Shown here piece by piece: positions 24,296 through 38,493 of a DNA stretch of 64,000 nucleotides. A program made the position numbers and the translations under genes. The stretch comes from Lepidodermella squamata (taxonomy: Eukaryota; Animalia; Gastrotricha), in assembly GCA_047495785.1 (NCBI GenBank), contig JBLDXI010000030.1, positions 992,001-1,056,000 on the forward strand, given 5' to 3'. Numbering within the stretch: the first letter of the stretch is position 1; each line of letters starts with the position of its first letter. Below the pieces are notes generated by a model, which worked only from the letters and a program-made list of their open reading frames with translations, searched no databases and had not been told where the DNA came from.

Positions 24296-26568
24296 TTAAG
24301 CTGTCATTAATATGTAGAGAACAATATCGGCGAGGCACGTCGAAATGAGGACAACAACGCCCAATATAAGATCAAGCAATCGAATTGCTGTGCATTTCAC
24401 TGAACAAAATTTCAGAACTTTTTGATTCCCGTGCTGTGCGTAATTAGAAACCAGCAACATGTAGCAAGTTAGAGCCATGCCTAGAATATACTTCATCGCT
24501 ATACCAACCACAAGGTATATGACTTCCGATGTCGAAGGAACCTGACTTGCCAGTAAACCAAGAGTGACAGAATTAGCCAAGACCACAGTCATGCTGAACG
24601 CTGGCCTGTCAGGCATTTCAGGCGGCATAATCAGGCAGAACAGTTGGGTGATGAAGAAGCCATACGTAGGCACGAAAATTGTTGTAACGTAATAACCCGC
24701 CTGGCGCTGGAAGCTTATCATCAGGTTGATTTCATACTGCGCGAAGTTATCACCATGCTTCTCCCCAAATTTACCAAAGGTTGAAGTATAGAAACTCATA
24801 TGATTTAGTCGCCATATATCACTGTAAGAAATGAAGAAGTTCAATGGCTTGAATTCTGTAACGGCATATTCAGAAACGTCGACAGTGTCGACCGGCCATA
24901 GATTCAAAGAACAGTTAAATACATCGAATGGGAACTTTGCGAACGAAGTGTCGCATATCGATGTTATGCTACCGATTGCTTCCAAGCTTCCATAGAACTT
25001 TCGATCCTCTGCTAGGCCAGCTTTCGCGTTCTTCGTCATTCTAACGAGATACCAGAGTTACCGAAATACAAGCCTAATACACCAGAAAAAATCACCCTAA
25101 TTTCGGTGATAGAAAACCGGACTTTCATCTTGTAGCTTGTGAAATCCCCTTAATTAGGGCCCTGTGAGTATCCTAATTCACGGATTTTCAACATTTATTT
25201 ATATTCATGCTCAACAACTGAAACTAATCCCATGGCATGAATTCTTTGTGTATTAAATACGAAATCACACGATTACTCATAGGAAATCTAAAGATGGGCA
25301 CTAGTTGTTGTGATCCGAGTACGTGGCGTTCGGACATTTCTGAAAAAACGTCAGGGTCCCCCTTGTTGATTTTCAAATTTCGGGCTGAAATAGGCTCGAT
25401 TTCCCCCCTCAGAGCTGGACCTAGTGGATCACTGACTATTTGATATGTTGACACGTAACATATCGCGCTTACGCAACTCTAACGCAGCCCATTTTCAATT
25501 TTAGTTAATTTTGCCTACGGCCAAATCGATGAAATCGTATTGCTATCGATTCGATTTGATTTTCTCTTGTCAATGAACGGTTACCTAAGCACCAACCATG
25601 GGAAAACAATGGGATTTCAGAGATATAACTTATATTATATATTTTCGGGGCTATTTTCAGGCCCAAATTTTATGACCAAAGGGTCCCTCCCCCCTGTGGT
25701 TTTATAAGGGATTTTCCACTTTGGCCTTGCGAACAGGGGGGCAAGATACCCTCCATTCCACCCGTACTTCGCGCACTATATTGGCTCTTCCAGGTGAATT
25801 ACGATAGTTATTGTATCATTGCTAGAAATACCGTGAATTAGGGTATTTTTAAGCTTTTTTCGAATTGAATGAATTTGTGCAATGTTTTTCCCATGAATTC
25901 AGATACCAAAACTAATAAATTCATGCTTTTGGTAGATGAATTGGGGTTACATATTTTCTGGTAAAGGCCTCTTTGTCGGCACTTCGATGTTCTTAGGTGT
26001 GCTGTCTAGGGTTGTATTTCGGTAACTACGTTAATCAACTCAATTCTATGTAAAGAATCAATGATGGTAGATTACAATTCGAACGGAAAATTGGTGGCGA
26101 ATCCATTTTCGTGGGAAACCACTGGGTACCATATCGGTCTTTCATCCGGTTTGCCGAGCGGCATGGGAAATGAAACCAGAGTTGCGTTATTCTCACAGGC
26201 TCTGCGGGAAATTTCTGTATTAAGACTCGAGCAATTGATTGGCTGTCCGCAGTTGTAGAGCCACTCGAAGCGGAAAACTCCACTCATTGTCATCCTGGAA
26301 AATAAGTTGGGTTTTTGTTTTCAGAAAATCAAGTGACGCCTCACGTTTTTGCCATATCAATAATATTGACGAAACGGGTCGTTACGACTCTCAAGGATAC
26401 TTTAAGCTTCTGGCCACATTTCCACTGACTTTCAGCCGGCAGATTAGATGAAGCTGAGTCAGGACTGGCTTCCATAAGGTCATTTCGAAATGTCTCGACA
26501 TCAGAAATTGCGTTTGAATATCCAATCGAGATAGCTATAACCATGATTAGAGCTTGCATTACTCTCAT
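24296..26568 (-). CDS. Divergent Cys-loop pLGIC subunit A8, 395 aa; exons 26568-26345, 26294-26076, 25040-24296
   Basis: Exons of 224+219+745 nt in frame; intron 2 expanded to 1035 nt by repeats. Confidence 0.88.
25056..26027. mobile_element. TIR element with a nested repeat inside A8 intron 2
   Basis: agttaccgaaatacaa at 25056 and ttgtatttcggtaact at about 26012-26027; the equivalent intron of A12 is 54 nt. Confidence 0.75.
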
Positions 26569-27511
26569 GGTTATGTCGTTGTAAGCTGAAAAACCGTATT
26601 TCTGTCGGGATGACATGCTGCAGTCAAATCAAAAACCTACGCTTGTTTGTTTGCATTTGATTATTTGATGGAACAGCTGCCGCAATTTCAGTATGTAGTC
26701 AGATTGATTGCACCTGTCGATGAGTGTTGCCTCATCCGGTATTACTCATCCAACGCTATAAGTACAATGCTCTAAGAGTTCCTGCCAAAATGCCGCTTTA
26801 TCTTCCCCTTTTGCTCTTGCCAAAAGCTTATCATCCTAGATCCTCGGCAAATTAAACCATACCTCCAAAACACAAGTGTTGGCTCAGATTTCAACCAAAT
26901 TACAATTGACTGAAAAGTAACTTGTAATAACTTGTAAACATTTATTTATTTAGCGAGGCTGAGGAAGCTCGAGCAAAGTTAGAGAACACTCTGAGGTTAC
27001 TGCCGATTTCGATCCGAGTGCCGTCTTCTAGATATGTCCAACAACAAGCTGCACGTCATCGAACGACACTGCTACTACGAGCAATCCCATTCATCGATTC
27101 AATCACGTGGTATGGCTACATCACGAAATTCAACTGCTTCTACGCCGAGAATCCAGACTCCTGCTGAGTACATACTATACAAAGCGATGTTATGATTATG
27201 ATGGTTTCTTGCCGTAATACAAAGCAAATCTGATGGCTAGGATCGGCAGGGCCGGTATCCAAACAATCCTCGGTATGCGATGCAACATGCTACGGAACAT
27301 CGCCGCAAATGAGATATTTGAGATATTTCTTCACGACCAAATGCCAAATATTTTGATTTTGCTAAAAAGAAAGGATGAAACCACACATTCTATCTTTATT
27401 GAAAATGATTGCATAACAGTGATTAACTTGGATAATTATGGGTAGTCTAGTGTAAATGCGACGAAATATTAATAATGTTTGGTTTTAAATTGTGAAATCG
27501 TTTGTTGCCGG

Positions 27512-28794
27512 TTACGAAGTCATAAAAGAGAACAGAACAATGTCAGCTAAGCTTAATGACGCGACTGTTATAGTTCCAATAAAGAAATCAGCCAGGCGTA
27601 CTTTGGTCAACTTTTGCCCGAATATGCTTATTGAATGCGATCTTTGTTGAGCGAAATTGCATGCTATCAGCATGTAGACAGTGAGCATCATGCCCGCAAC
27701 ATATTTCATAGCGATGGAAACCACAATGTAGATAAGCTCCGATGTATCCGGGATTTGTTCCGAAAGCAAACCGAGCGTGACTGAATTCGCGAGAACAACC
27801 GTCACGCTGAATGACGGCCGATCCGGCATTTCCGGTGGCATGATCAAACAGAATAGTTGGGTTAGGAACAAGCCATAGGTCGGGATAAACAAGGTATAAA
27901 CGTAATTACCCTGCTTTCTCCGGAATTTGAATACTAATTCAATTTGTGTAACGGTATAATTTTCGTCGTAACCATCCTTTGTCGTGAAGTTGAAAACACT
28001 GGCCTGACAATCATCAAGCACCCAAATATCCGTGCCGTCGATCCAACCAGGGGAAATATACAGCTCCTTTACGTGGTAGTCGGCCATTTCTCCCTTGTCC
28101 ACAGGCCAGAAATACAGAGTGCATTCAAAGGTATCGAATGGAAATTTTGCGAATGACGTGCTGCATAAGGTTGTTAAAGTCCCTGGAGCCAAAAGGGTTC
28201 CGAACAGCTGCCTCCCAGAGCTCATAAAAACTTGAACTGATCTTGCCATACTTCGCAGTGATATTGAATAACTAATTGTGTTATAGGATAAGTTGCATAC
28301 TTACCTGTCGAAAGGTGAACTTGTGGACTGACCATTTTCATGAATCAAGTCTGGGTACCAAACTGGCTTATCATCTGGCTTGCCGAGAGGTTGCGGGAAA
28401 TTAATCGACATTGTATCGTTTTCGCACGCATTTCGCGATACGTTGCTGTCCAAATTCGCACAATCCACAGGGCGATTGCATGAATACGGCCAGTATAACG
28501 TGAAAAGGCCTGAGAAGCTTAACCTTAAAAAAAATCCGTAAAATAATGAAACACTCCTGGGTTTTTTCACGTTTTATCTTTGTCCACGATGTCGATGAAG
28601 CGAAACACTCTAGCTCGAATGAAAACGGGGAGTCGCGTGCCACACCTCATTTTGCTATCAACTGGTAAATTCGGCGAAGTTACATCCGGGCAAACTCCGA
28701 TAATATCTTTCCGAATGGTTTCAGCATCCGAAATTCCTTCAATTTGTTGAACTAAAGCAGTGATGTAAAATATAGGGACTAATCCAGCTAGCAT
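27512..28794 (-). CDS. Divergent Cys-loop pLGIC subunit A9, 393 aa; exons 28794-28571, 28523-28305, 28250-27512
   Basis: Exons of 224+219+739 nt in frame; closest to A4. Confidence 0.92.
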
Positions 28795-29143
28795 TGCACA
28801 GCAGTCACTTGAATGAAAAATTTGACAATGCCACCGCTTATTGCTCATCGGTCTGGCCTATGCACTTATCGAAATCCCTGTTTACCGATAGTCCTGACGG
28901 ATATGATAGATTTCCGGGATATCGACTAAAAACTATTGACAAAGCCGAACAAAACAAAACCAAAGATTTTGCAAAACAGCTTTCTCCTCGGAATCATTGA
29001 ACCAGAGAGCATTGATGAATGTGGACAGCTCAGATTTCAGGGTCGGAGTAAAACTACAAACAGTTTCGTATCGGCAACTTCAGCGAAACGGTACAGTGAG
29101 ATAGGACAACCTGCTGACTTTAAAGGACGGAATGGCATAAAAT

Positions 29144-30004
29144 ACACCTTTTTTCCTTTGCAATTTCATTATTTTTATTAAAGAAACACGCGTTTATTTT
29201 TTCATGATAATCAGGGTATTCATTTTATTCATTTTTTTACTTTTTTCTACCTAAGAATTTACTCGATCTTCGAAGGTTCGCTGTATGCGAATACGAAACC
29301 CGAATGGGATGAACTATATATCAAATTGAAGCTAGAGATCTGATCTATCTAGCAGTGATATTAAAATACTGGATGCCATTTTGTTCTTGAAGGTATTCAA
29401 CGTTTTAGCCGACTGGTTGTTCGGAAAGTTTCTTCTGATTTTACCTACAATTATGTTTATTTTTCAACAAATAACTACTAAGGAACTATTCTATTACTTA
29501 GTCTTCGCTAATTTCATCATTTCATGATGAAACCAAAGCAATATTTGTGAAAACTACCTCAGCACCCGCATAAGCTATTGCCCAAAATGCTACTAAAGCC
29601 AAATTTTTTGAGGTTCTATCGCTTCTACTCGAGATATCACCTTCGCCTGATTGTTCTAATCATTTTTGGGGAGGAGGGAGGGGCCTCATACCTATAAAAT
29701 ATAAAAACTATCCAAGGAAAACATCTTCGCAGTTCATTCTACTTACTGCTTAGTTTCTGCGAAACAAATAATGATTTTGCCGATCTAATCGCATATTTGA
29801 AAAGATTGTATATCTAGCTTCAATTTGATATATAATTCATCCCATTCGGGTTTCGTATTCACATACAGCGAACCTTCGAAGATCGAGTAAATTCTTAGGT
29901 AGAAAAAAGTAAGAAAATGAATGAAATGAATACCCTGATTATCATGAAAAAATAAACGCGTTTTTCTTTAATAAAAATAATGAAATTGCAAAGGAAAAAA
30001 GGTG
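29144..30004. mobile_element. Non-autonomous DNA transposon with about 200-bp TIRs and TA flanks
   Basis: ta|caccttttttcctttgcaatttc ... gaaattgcaaaggaaaaaaggtg|ta; arms near identical. Confidence 0.85.
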
Positions 30005-30131
30005 TATGTACAAAATAAGACTGGCATATTTGCTGAATGCTTAGATTTTAGAGGTTGGGTTATGGTTGGGGTTGGGGTTGGGCGGTTTAGGGGTAGAGTT
30101 GGGTTTTCAACTTCCATTTATTGGAGATGAG

Positions 30132-30750
30132 TTCGTCGTTGGTGCGGCTAAAAGTCCTATGTCCATCAAAAATCGAAATTGAGTTTTTTCCAGTTCCTGA
30201 CTCAGTTTTTCACGCTGGTCAATAATATGAAAACCGCATTTCAAAATTCGCCAGGGATCAAAAGTCCTATCTCCACATTCGTGGATTTTTTTCCAGGTCA
30301 TTCTTTTTCCATCAGAAAAAGTGCTATCTCCATAGCATGAGTTCGAATAGGGCACAAAAAGTGCTATGTGCATCACAAAAATAATTCGATCACGACAAAA
30401 AATGGCGATGACTCAGTGCGATATTCAATGCCAAGTGAAAATAAGTCGGCAAAAATCGGCCAAAAATGAATGCTTTCGCTAGGACCCGAACCACAACCTT
30501 AAAAAAACACGAACAAAAAAATGAAAAAATCCACCAAAAAGTCCTATCTGCAGCGAATGTCCTTATTGTGCAATAACGATGCGTCACCGGTAAAAATGGC
30601 CGGCGCCATTCAATCCGCCGGGATTGATTACCCCTATTTATCACATCATTGACATTTTTTACTGAAAATTTTGAAAATGAAGCTGTTTTTTCGATTTATC
30701 TCGAAATAAATTGTTTTGGAGATAGGACTTTTAGCCGCACCAACGACGAG
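30132..30750. mobile_element. MITE with about 30-bp TIRs and internal aaaagt(c/g)ctat repeats
   Basis: tcgtcgttggtgcggctaaaagtcctat / ataggacttttagccgcaccaacgacga. Confidence 0.8.
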
Positions 30751-30796
30751 TTGACATAAATAAAAACGCAGTAAAAATGCAGTAGTAAAATAGCAT

Positions 30797-32076
30797 TCAA
30801 GATGTCATTAACGAGAAAAGAGCAACATCAGCCACTCCCAACGAGACAACGGTTATAATGCCGATGATGAAATCAGGCAGGCGAACTTTGCTCACCTTTC
30901 TGCCGAATATTTCCATTGGATTTCCCGGCTGCTGCGCGATATTGCACGCTATCAACATGTAGACAGTGAGCAGCATGCCGACGACGTATTTCATAGCGAT
31001 GGAAACCACCATGTAGATGATCTCGGACGTATCCGGGATTTGGGTTGTAAGTACACCAAGCGTGACTGAATTTGCGAGAACAACCGCCATGCTGAATGAC
31101 GGCCGATCCGGCATTTCCGGTGGCATAACTAAAGAGGCGAGCTGGGTCAAGAACAAACCATACGTCGGGATGAATATATTGTAAACGTAATGCGTCTGCT
31201 TTCGTCTGAACTTGAGATTCAAGCCGATTAAGGTAACTGTATACGTGTCGTTGTAAACGTCTCGTTGCGTTAGATTTGAAACGTCACAGCTGTATCCATC
31301 CAGGAGCCAAACATCGCTATCCTCCAGGAAATCGGGTTGCACGACAAATTGCTTTACAGCGAACTCAGCCAGCTCACCCTTATCGACAGGCCAGAATGCG
31401 AACTTGCATTCAAATGTGTCAAAGGGAAATTTCGCGAACGACGTGCTGCATAAGGCTGTCAATGTTCCTGGCGCAAAATAGGAACCAAACAGCTTCTTTT
31501 CACTGCTCAAATTTACGTAGGCCGATTTTGCCAGGCTTAGATATAACAATAACAGTTTATGGAAGTCCAAAGATAGAGGTTACCTGTCGAAAGGAAAGTT
31601 GTCAGATTTGCCATTTTCGTGGGTTATGGTTGGATGCCAAACGGGGCTTTCGTCAGGTTTACCGAGCGGTAGCGGGAAATTGATAGCCATTGTGTCATTT
31701 TCACACGCATTTCTAGTCACATCGCTCTTCAATTTTGAACAATCGATAGATTGATTGCACGCATATGGCCATTCGAAAGTGAAAATGCCTGCAATGCTCA
31801 AGCTAAGGCAACTTAGGATGCATCGAATTTGAAGCGAAAAGCTAAAACTTACGTTGTATCTTTGTCAACAATTTCAACGAAGCGAAGTAGCCTCGCTCGC
31901 ATTGAGACTGATAGCTTTTTGCCGCAGCTTGTCCTACTATCCACTGGCAAGTTGGGTGATGTTACATCAGGGTAGGCTTCCATTATGTCTTTTCTTATAG
32001 TTTCAGCATCAGAAATTCCCCGAGTTGTATGCAAAATACATCCAAAGATGATGAGAATAGCTAATCCAGCATGCAT
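30797..32076 (-). CDS. Divergent Cys-loop pLGIC subunit A10, 393 aa; exons 32076-31853, 31802-31584, 31535-30797
   Basis: Exons of 224+219+739 nt in frame; intact paralog of A6. Confidence 0.92.
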
Positions 32077-32361
32077 TGCCTCGAAATTGAAATAAAAAAC
32101 GTACTATCGAGCAGATTTCCGCCGATATAACTATGATATCTTCGTATTCGTAATAAAAGTTTGCAGATAGAACCCAATATCCTCTCAAAAATCGATTTCG
32201 ATCCGCGTTAATTGGTAGCCGGAAGACGGAGCAATTTCAATTGGAAGCAGCAGGAAAACATGAATCATTCGATTTTCGAGAGTTTTACTGTGAAACACAC
32301 TTTTTATTTTTGCATAGCGTACTGAAGATCACTACAGAAATTCAGATAGCTCGGCTCATAG

Positions 32362-33638
32362 TTAAGCTGCCATTAATATGTAGAGGACAATATCGGCGAA
32401 ACACGTCGAAATAATGAAAATAACACCCAAGATGAGATCAATGAGTCGAATTACTGATATTTTCCTCGAAAAAACTAACAGGATTCGTTCATCCACGCGC
32501 TGTGCGTAGTTTGAAACTGCCAACATGTAGCATGTTATAATCATGCCAATGACGTATTTCATAGCTACTCCAACAACGAGGTAAATAACCTCAGAGGTCG
32601 ATGGAACCTGATCTGCCAGTAAGTCAAGGGTGACTGAATTAGCTAGGACAATTGTCATACTGAATGATGGCCTGTCAGGCATATCAGGCGGCATAATCAG
32701 GCAGAACAGTTGGGAGACGAAGAAGCCATAGCTTGGCACAAAAATTGTTGTAACATAATAACCCGCCTTTCGGCGAAAGCTTATCATCAGGCTGATTTCA
32801 TACTGCGCGGTGTTGTTCCCATACTTCCTAACAAATTTATCAAAGATTTTAATATCTGCTCCGGTGTGTTGTAGTAGCCATATTTCACTTTCAGGCAGAA
32901 ATAGGTCTAGTGGCGTGAAATCTAGTACGACATATTCCGACACATCGACAGTGTCGACCGGCCACAGATTCAGACTACAATTGAAGACATCGAATGGGAA
33001 TTTTGCGAACGAAGTGTCGCGGATTGTTGTTATGCTGCCAAATGCTTCCAAGCTTCCATAGAATTTTCGTCCAGCCGTCAAGCCAGCTTTCGCATTCCCT
33101 GTCATCCTAGTGACAAACTTGACAACATGAAATATTAAGAATTAATTGAGGTGGATTACGATTCGAATGGAAAATTGGTTGCGAATCCATTTTCGTGAGA
33201 CACCACCGGGTACCATATCGTTTTTTCATCCGGTTCCCCGACTGGCACAGGGAAAGAAACCAGAGTCGGATTATTCTGGCAGGTGTTGCGTGAAATTTCC
33301 GTATTTAGACTCAAGCAATTGATCAATGTCCGCAGTTGTACAGCCAATCGAAACGGAAAACTCCTCTTAGGCTCATCCTTGTAACATAATTCAATTTATT
33401 TTGATTTAATGACGCCGTCTTACGTTTTGTCAATGTCAACGATAGTGATGAAACGGGTTGTTAAGACTCTGATGGATACTTTAAGCTTCTTACCGCATCT
33501 CAGCTGACTTTCAGCTGGCAGATTGGTTGAGGTTGAATCCGGGCTGGCTTCGATGAGGTCGTCTCGAATTGTCTCGATATCAGACATAGCGTTTGAGGGT
33601 TTAAGCGAGATGGCTAAAACTATGATCAGAGCGTGCAT
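32362..33638 (-). pseudogene. pLGIC A11, probable pseudogene
   Basis: Exon 2 (33377-33160) is 218 nt instead of 219 (1-nt deletion near 33327), and the first Cys-loop Cys is replaced by Arg (TTIRDTSFAKFPFDVFNC). Confidence 0.8.
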
Positions 33639-34492
33639 TGCCTAAAACCACAAGTACTGCGTGCGATACCTTCATCTTTATGTCGAAATTTGTAATGTGA
33701 TATTGTGGCAACTAGGTTTTTTGTTTGCATTGGCTTTGTGATCGAGTACCTAGCGCGATATCAATTCGGAGGCAGCTTGATTGCAGACGTGGATACTGCA
33801 TTGCCTTATCCGCAGATCATATGATTACATATTGCTGCTACTTTCTCCCGCTTAGCCCAGTACCAATCGCGCTGTGAGGGGCAAGGCAGCGATCTACTGG
33901 AATTATCTGCTGGAAATTATTGAATGAAATATTTTTAAGAAATGGTTAGAAAAATGTTAACTACACCAGATTATCTTTGATATGGCTAGCCAGTAAAATC
34001 AACGTCGCCCTAGCAAGTGAGAAAACGACGCACTTATGATTCATCGCTAGCCCTTTAACAGCCCTCTACATAAAAGAGCAGCCCTCGATGAGAGCAATCG
34101 CGAGGACCCCGCCCCCTTGCTTATATCAAGGGGTCACTGTAATTGTAATAACGACGTGCGACGTGCAGCAGTGCTTCCTGTGTGCTGATGCCCGATGTCG
34201 GTTGGTATTGTCTCTCGGGAGGCCTTGAATTCATCTGCTTAGGCTGCGTGTTAAGGTGGATCATAAATTTAATTATCGAAAGTTATCAGAATATACAGAG
34301 AGGATCCAATATCCTCTCGAAAACTGGTTTTCAGTTTGCTTTGATTGGTAGCCGGAAAAAGGAGTAATTTCAATTTTCAATAGTAAGCAGCCTGAAGCAT
34401 GAATCAGGAGATTCCGTGAGACAATTTATCAGGCTACAACATTTATTAGATCTTTTAGAGGACAAGAAAACATTTTTTAGAGATTTCCAAAA

Positions 34493-35792
34493 TTAGGCTG
34501 TCATTAATATGTAGAGGACAATATCGGCGAGGCACGTTGATATGCTGACAATAATGCCCAGTATGAGATCAAGCAATCGAATTGCTGTAATTTTCATGGA
34601 ACAAAACTTGAAAACTTTTTGATTCCCGTGTTGTGCTTGGTTAGACACCATCAACATGTAGCAGGTTAGAGCCATCCCAATGACGTACTTCATAGCTATT
34701 CCAACGACAAGGTAAATAACTTCCGAAGTCGACGGAACCTGAGTAGCTAATAAGCCAAGAGTGACAGAGTTAGCTAAGACCACAGTCATGCTGAATGCTG
34801 GCCTGTCCGGCATATCAGGCGGCATAATCAGGCAGAACAATTGGGTGATGAAGAAGCCATAGGTCGGGACGAAAATTGTTGTAACGTAATAACTTGCCAG
34901 GCGCTTAAACTTAATCCCCAGGTTGATTTCATACTGCTTGAAGTTATCGCCATGCTTCCCAGCGAATTTATCAAAGGTTGAAATATCGGAATCCCAATCT
35001 TGTAGAAGCCATATATCATTTTCAGGCATGAAGTTTTCCAATGGCTTGAATTCGAGTACTTCATATTCCGACACGTCGACAGTGTCGACCGGCCATAGAT
35101 TCAAAGAACAATTGAAGACATCGAATGGGAACTTTGCGAACGAAGTGTCGCAGATCGATGTTATGCTACCGAACGCTTCCAAGCTTCCATAAAATTGTCG
35201 ATCCTCTGTCAAGCCGGCTTTCGCGTTCCTTGTCATTCTAACGATAATATAGATTAAAATGATACATTCAGGTTCAAAGATTGTTGATTACGATTCGAAT
35301 GGAAAGTTGGTCGCGAATCCATTTTCGTGGGAAACCACGGGGTACCATATCGGTTTTTCATCCGGTTTCCCGAGAGGCATGGGGAAAGAAGCCAGAGTCG
35401 AGTTATTCGCGCAAGCTCTACGTGAAAATTCAGTGTTCAAGCTCGAACAATTGATTGGCTTTCCGCAGTTGTAGAGCCATTCGAAGCGGAAAACTCCACT
35501 CAAGGTCATCCTTGTTGGAACATTTTTTTCGTTTTCTTTTTAAGAAGAATCAAATGACGTCGACTCACGTTTTTGACATATCAATGATATTGACGAAACG
35601 GATTGTTACGACTCTGATGGACACTTTGAGCTTCTTACCGCATCTCCACTGACTTTCAGCTGGCAGATTAGATGAAGCTGAATCAGGACTGGCTTCCATG
35701 AGGTCAGCTCGAATTGTTTCGACATCAGAAATCGAGTTGGAAGGCCTAATCGAGATGGCTAAAACCACGATCAGAGCGTGGTTTACCTTCAT
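34493..35792 (-). CDS. Divergent Cys-loop pLGIC subunit A12, 395 aa; exons 35792-35569, 35510-35292, 35237-34493
   Basis: Exons of 224+219+745 nt in frame; closest to A8. Confidence 0.92.
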
Positions 35793-36265
35793 CCTTATGT
35801 CGCTGTAAGCTGAAATTCCTTATTGGTATTGTGATGATGATGCTGCAGTCAGATCAAAAACCAGACTTCATTGTTTGCATTCGATTATTTGATTGAAAAG
35901 CATACAATTCCGATGTATGGAGTTAGCTTGATTGCTAACGGTGTGCTGCCTCATCCGGCATCCGATATCACTGATCTTATGCTATTGACTCAACATCGTT
36001 TATGATGAGTTCCTACCGAATTGCCGCCTTCTTATTCTCAAATTCTGAGCATCTAAGTTCAACCGTATTTCCAAAACGCATGCGTCAACCCAGGTTCCAA
36101 CCAAATGTTGGTGAACTTCAGGAAAAATTGCTCTGTTTAAGCAGAACCATAAGCAGAATATTACATTTTACAATTTGTGAGGAAATCCCCTTTATAGCCC
36201 ATCTAAACAGACATATCTAGAGAGACAAGAGACTTTCCATTGAAAAATATTCTGTAAAAAAGATT

Positions 36266-38493
36266 TTATTCACAATTTTCTACACTATAATCAATGCCAG
36301 AAATAGAAAGAAGGCAAGTACAGTCGTTGACTCTCGAACTGTTGATGCGTGACCATCCTTCACCCCAATGGTTCCTACAAACATTTCTGAGTTTAAAATC
36401 AGAACTTGGTGACTCAATTTTCTTACTTATCGCTTCATATGCTGTACTACCCAGCGGCGCTGTGCGGAGTGAAAATGGCACTTCTAGCTTACGATTCGAC
36501 GGCCAGCTATACTCGAGCCGGATAATGAAAACTCCCTTGAACTTGTCAGTTTGATTCGCGGGTAACGCAGTTCCATTGAACGTTACACTTAGGGTCAAAG
36601 GGTATTGAGCACTGGTTGTAGTCGTCACATTCTTAGAAATGACCAAAGTCAAAATTACTAGCGATATGACAGGTAAAACTTACAAATGGTCCATTTGTGA
36701 TGTTACTCATCGCTAGTACAATCCCGTCCTTGTAAAGAATCGCAATAGGCTGGCATATCGGCGCTTCATTCGTCAAAGCCTGCTGGTTCGTAGAACAGGG
36801 TGTCACATCAATGCCACGGCATTGAATTCGAAACTGATTCAACGCGTTGTTCTTCAAATTCAGATCAACGTAAGCTCCGTTCGGCGAGATGGCGGTATTC
36901 AGGTTCAAATCTTGCATCGTACAATTCGTAGTTGCGTAGACCTTTAGGAAGTAAAATCCGTAGATCGGCTGGCCAGAATTTGCAGGGTCGATTGAGCAAC
37001 GGTAACTGCCCTCGTTTTCTAACTTCATTTTAGCTATTATAAGGCGATTTTTCCCAGATGTAGCATTGGTCAGTATCCTATAAGAGCTGTCGTTCACCAG
37101 AATTTGGTAGCTACCCATGTTTGAGCTTCTGAACTCCCAGATAGGAATCGTGTTGTTGGCCGTTGCAGGGTCGATATCGCAGTTTAGAGTCAAATTAGCT
37201 TCCTCCTCCCGCACGCTGATTGACCGGAACTGGCTTTCATCCGAAAATCTGAAGCCCTGCTGAATTTCGATGTTGACTGAAGTTTGAGCTTGTCTATTCA
37301 ATGGAGAGAAGCAGGTGTAGGATATAGCATTGGTCTTTGAAGAAGGGGAAGATGTTGTTGACTGGGGAGATGATGATGGGATTAATTTTGACAGGTCAAC
37401 TGTACAGCTTGGAGAACTGGCGCAGTCGGTTGGGTCATTGATGCATGTCATGACTTGGCTTTGCATTTGATATGTCACACTGAAAATGTAAAAAATATAC
37501 CTTAAAATCTTTAATAAGAGTTGAAAAATCGAAAAATACCGAAATATCGGGTATTACCGGATTTTTCGCGAAATTTGAATGCAAAATGTCTTACTTGTAA
37601 AAATCGTTACTGAGAGTTTGCAAGCAGGTGATAATTGGGCAAAATTGGACGAAGTTGAATTTTCCAGACAACGGCCCAATCGCTGAGACTTTTTGGGTTC
37701 CGAACGAGGCGAGGGACGGGTGATTCGTGCACTGGTCGATGATTTCGTAAGTTGAAGGCCTAGCTACACTTCTCGGCAATGGGTCGTTCTGGAAGAAATT
37801 CAATCGCCAAGTCCTGACAGCAATGTAAGCAACTCGGCTTTCGTCGAAAATACGGCAGGTGATGTTACCAGCTCGGTTTGCCATGTCCAGATTTGGCTGG
37901 AAGAACATTTTGCCCGACATGTCCCATGCCATTGTAGTTTGGTAAGATTCGGATTTAGCGATTCCGGCTTGGTTACGGAACTGGTAAGTCCAGAGATATA
38001 ACCCAAGTCTCGTCTGGTTTCGGCGATCTTTGCAGGTGAACAAAACATCTGGCACTACGTCAGATGAAGGGCCATTGACGCTACCAGGGTACATAAGATA
38101 AGCCTCCTCAAAAACTGAAAACAAATCAAATTACGTTTGGCAAATTCAAGAATGCAAAATTACCTTCTATCGGTAATGGTGAGAGTTTAGGAGGCTGTGG
38201 TATCATGAAAGGAACTCCCGATACTGAGCCAACACAATCTCTATTCATATCGAGTTTTGGCTGAGAAAACATGCTAGAAAATTCAGAAAATCGGATTCTT
38301 GAAACATTTATAAGTAATTAGCTTACGTAGAAGGTAAATTCCAATCATTGGTCATTCGGCACGGTGTATCGCCAAAGGGAGAATCGACATAAGGAGGATA
38401 CAGCACAAGTCCAGCTGATTTCTGGGCAGCGACAAAACCGAGTGAAGATAGTGAATAAATCACTGATAAAATTGACAATGAGGTAGCTGTCAT
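36266..38493 (-). CDS. Secreted or surface immunoglobulin-domain glycoprotein, about 650 aa; exons 38493-38327, 38273-38164, 38114-37595, 37479-36684, 36631-36266
   Basis: Signal peptide MTATSLSILSVIYSLSSLGFVAA; Ig motif LTLNC..IWEF..LIIAKMKLENEGSYRC; all introns GT-AG and in frame; 3' end less certain. Confidence 0.72.

Noticed and set aside
30055-30105. Telomere-like G-rich tract (ggtt(a/g)g variants)
   Set aside because: Short, irregular and located between two MITEs; treated as low-complexity sequence.
1747-35792. Assigning nAChR gene symbols or calling these cephalopod CR orthologs
   Set aside because: Agonist-site signatures are absent and orthology cannot be established without a phylogeny.
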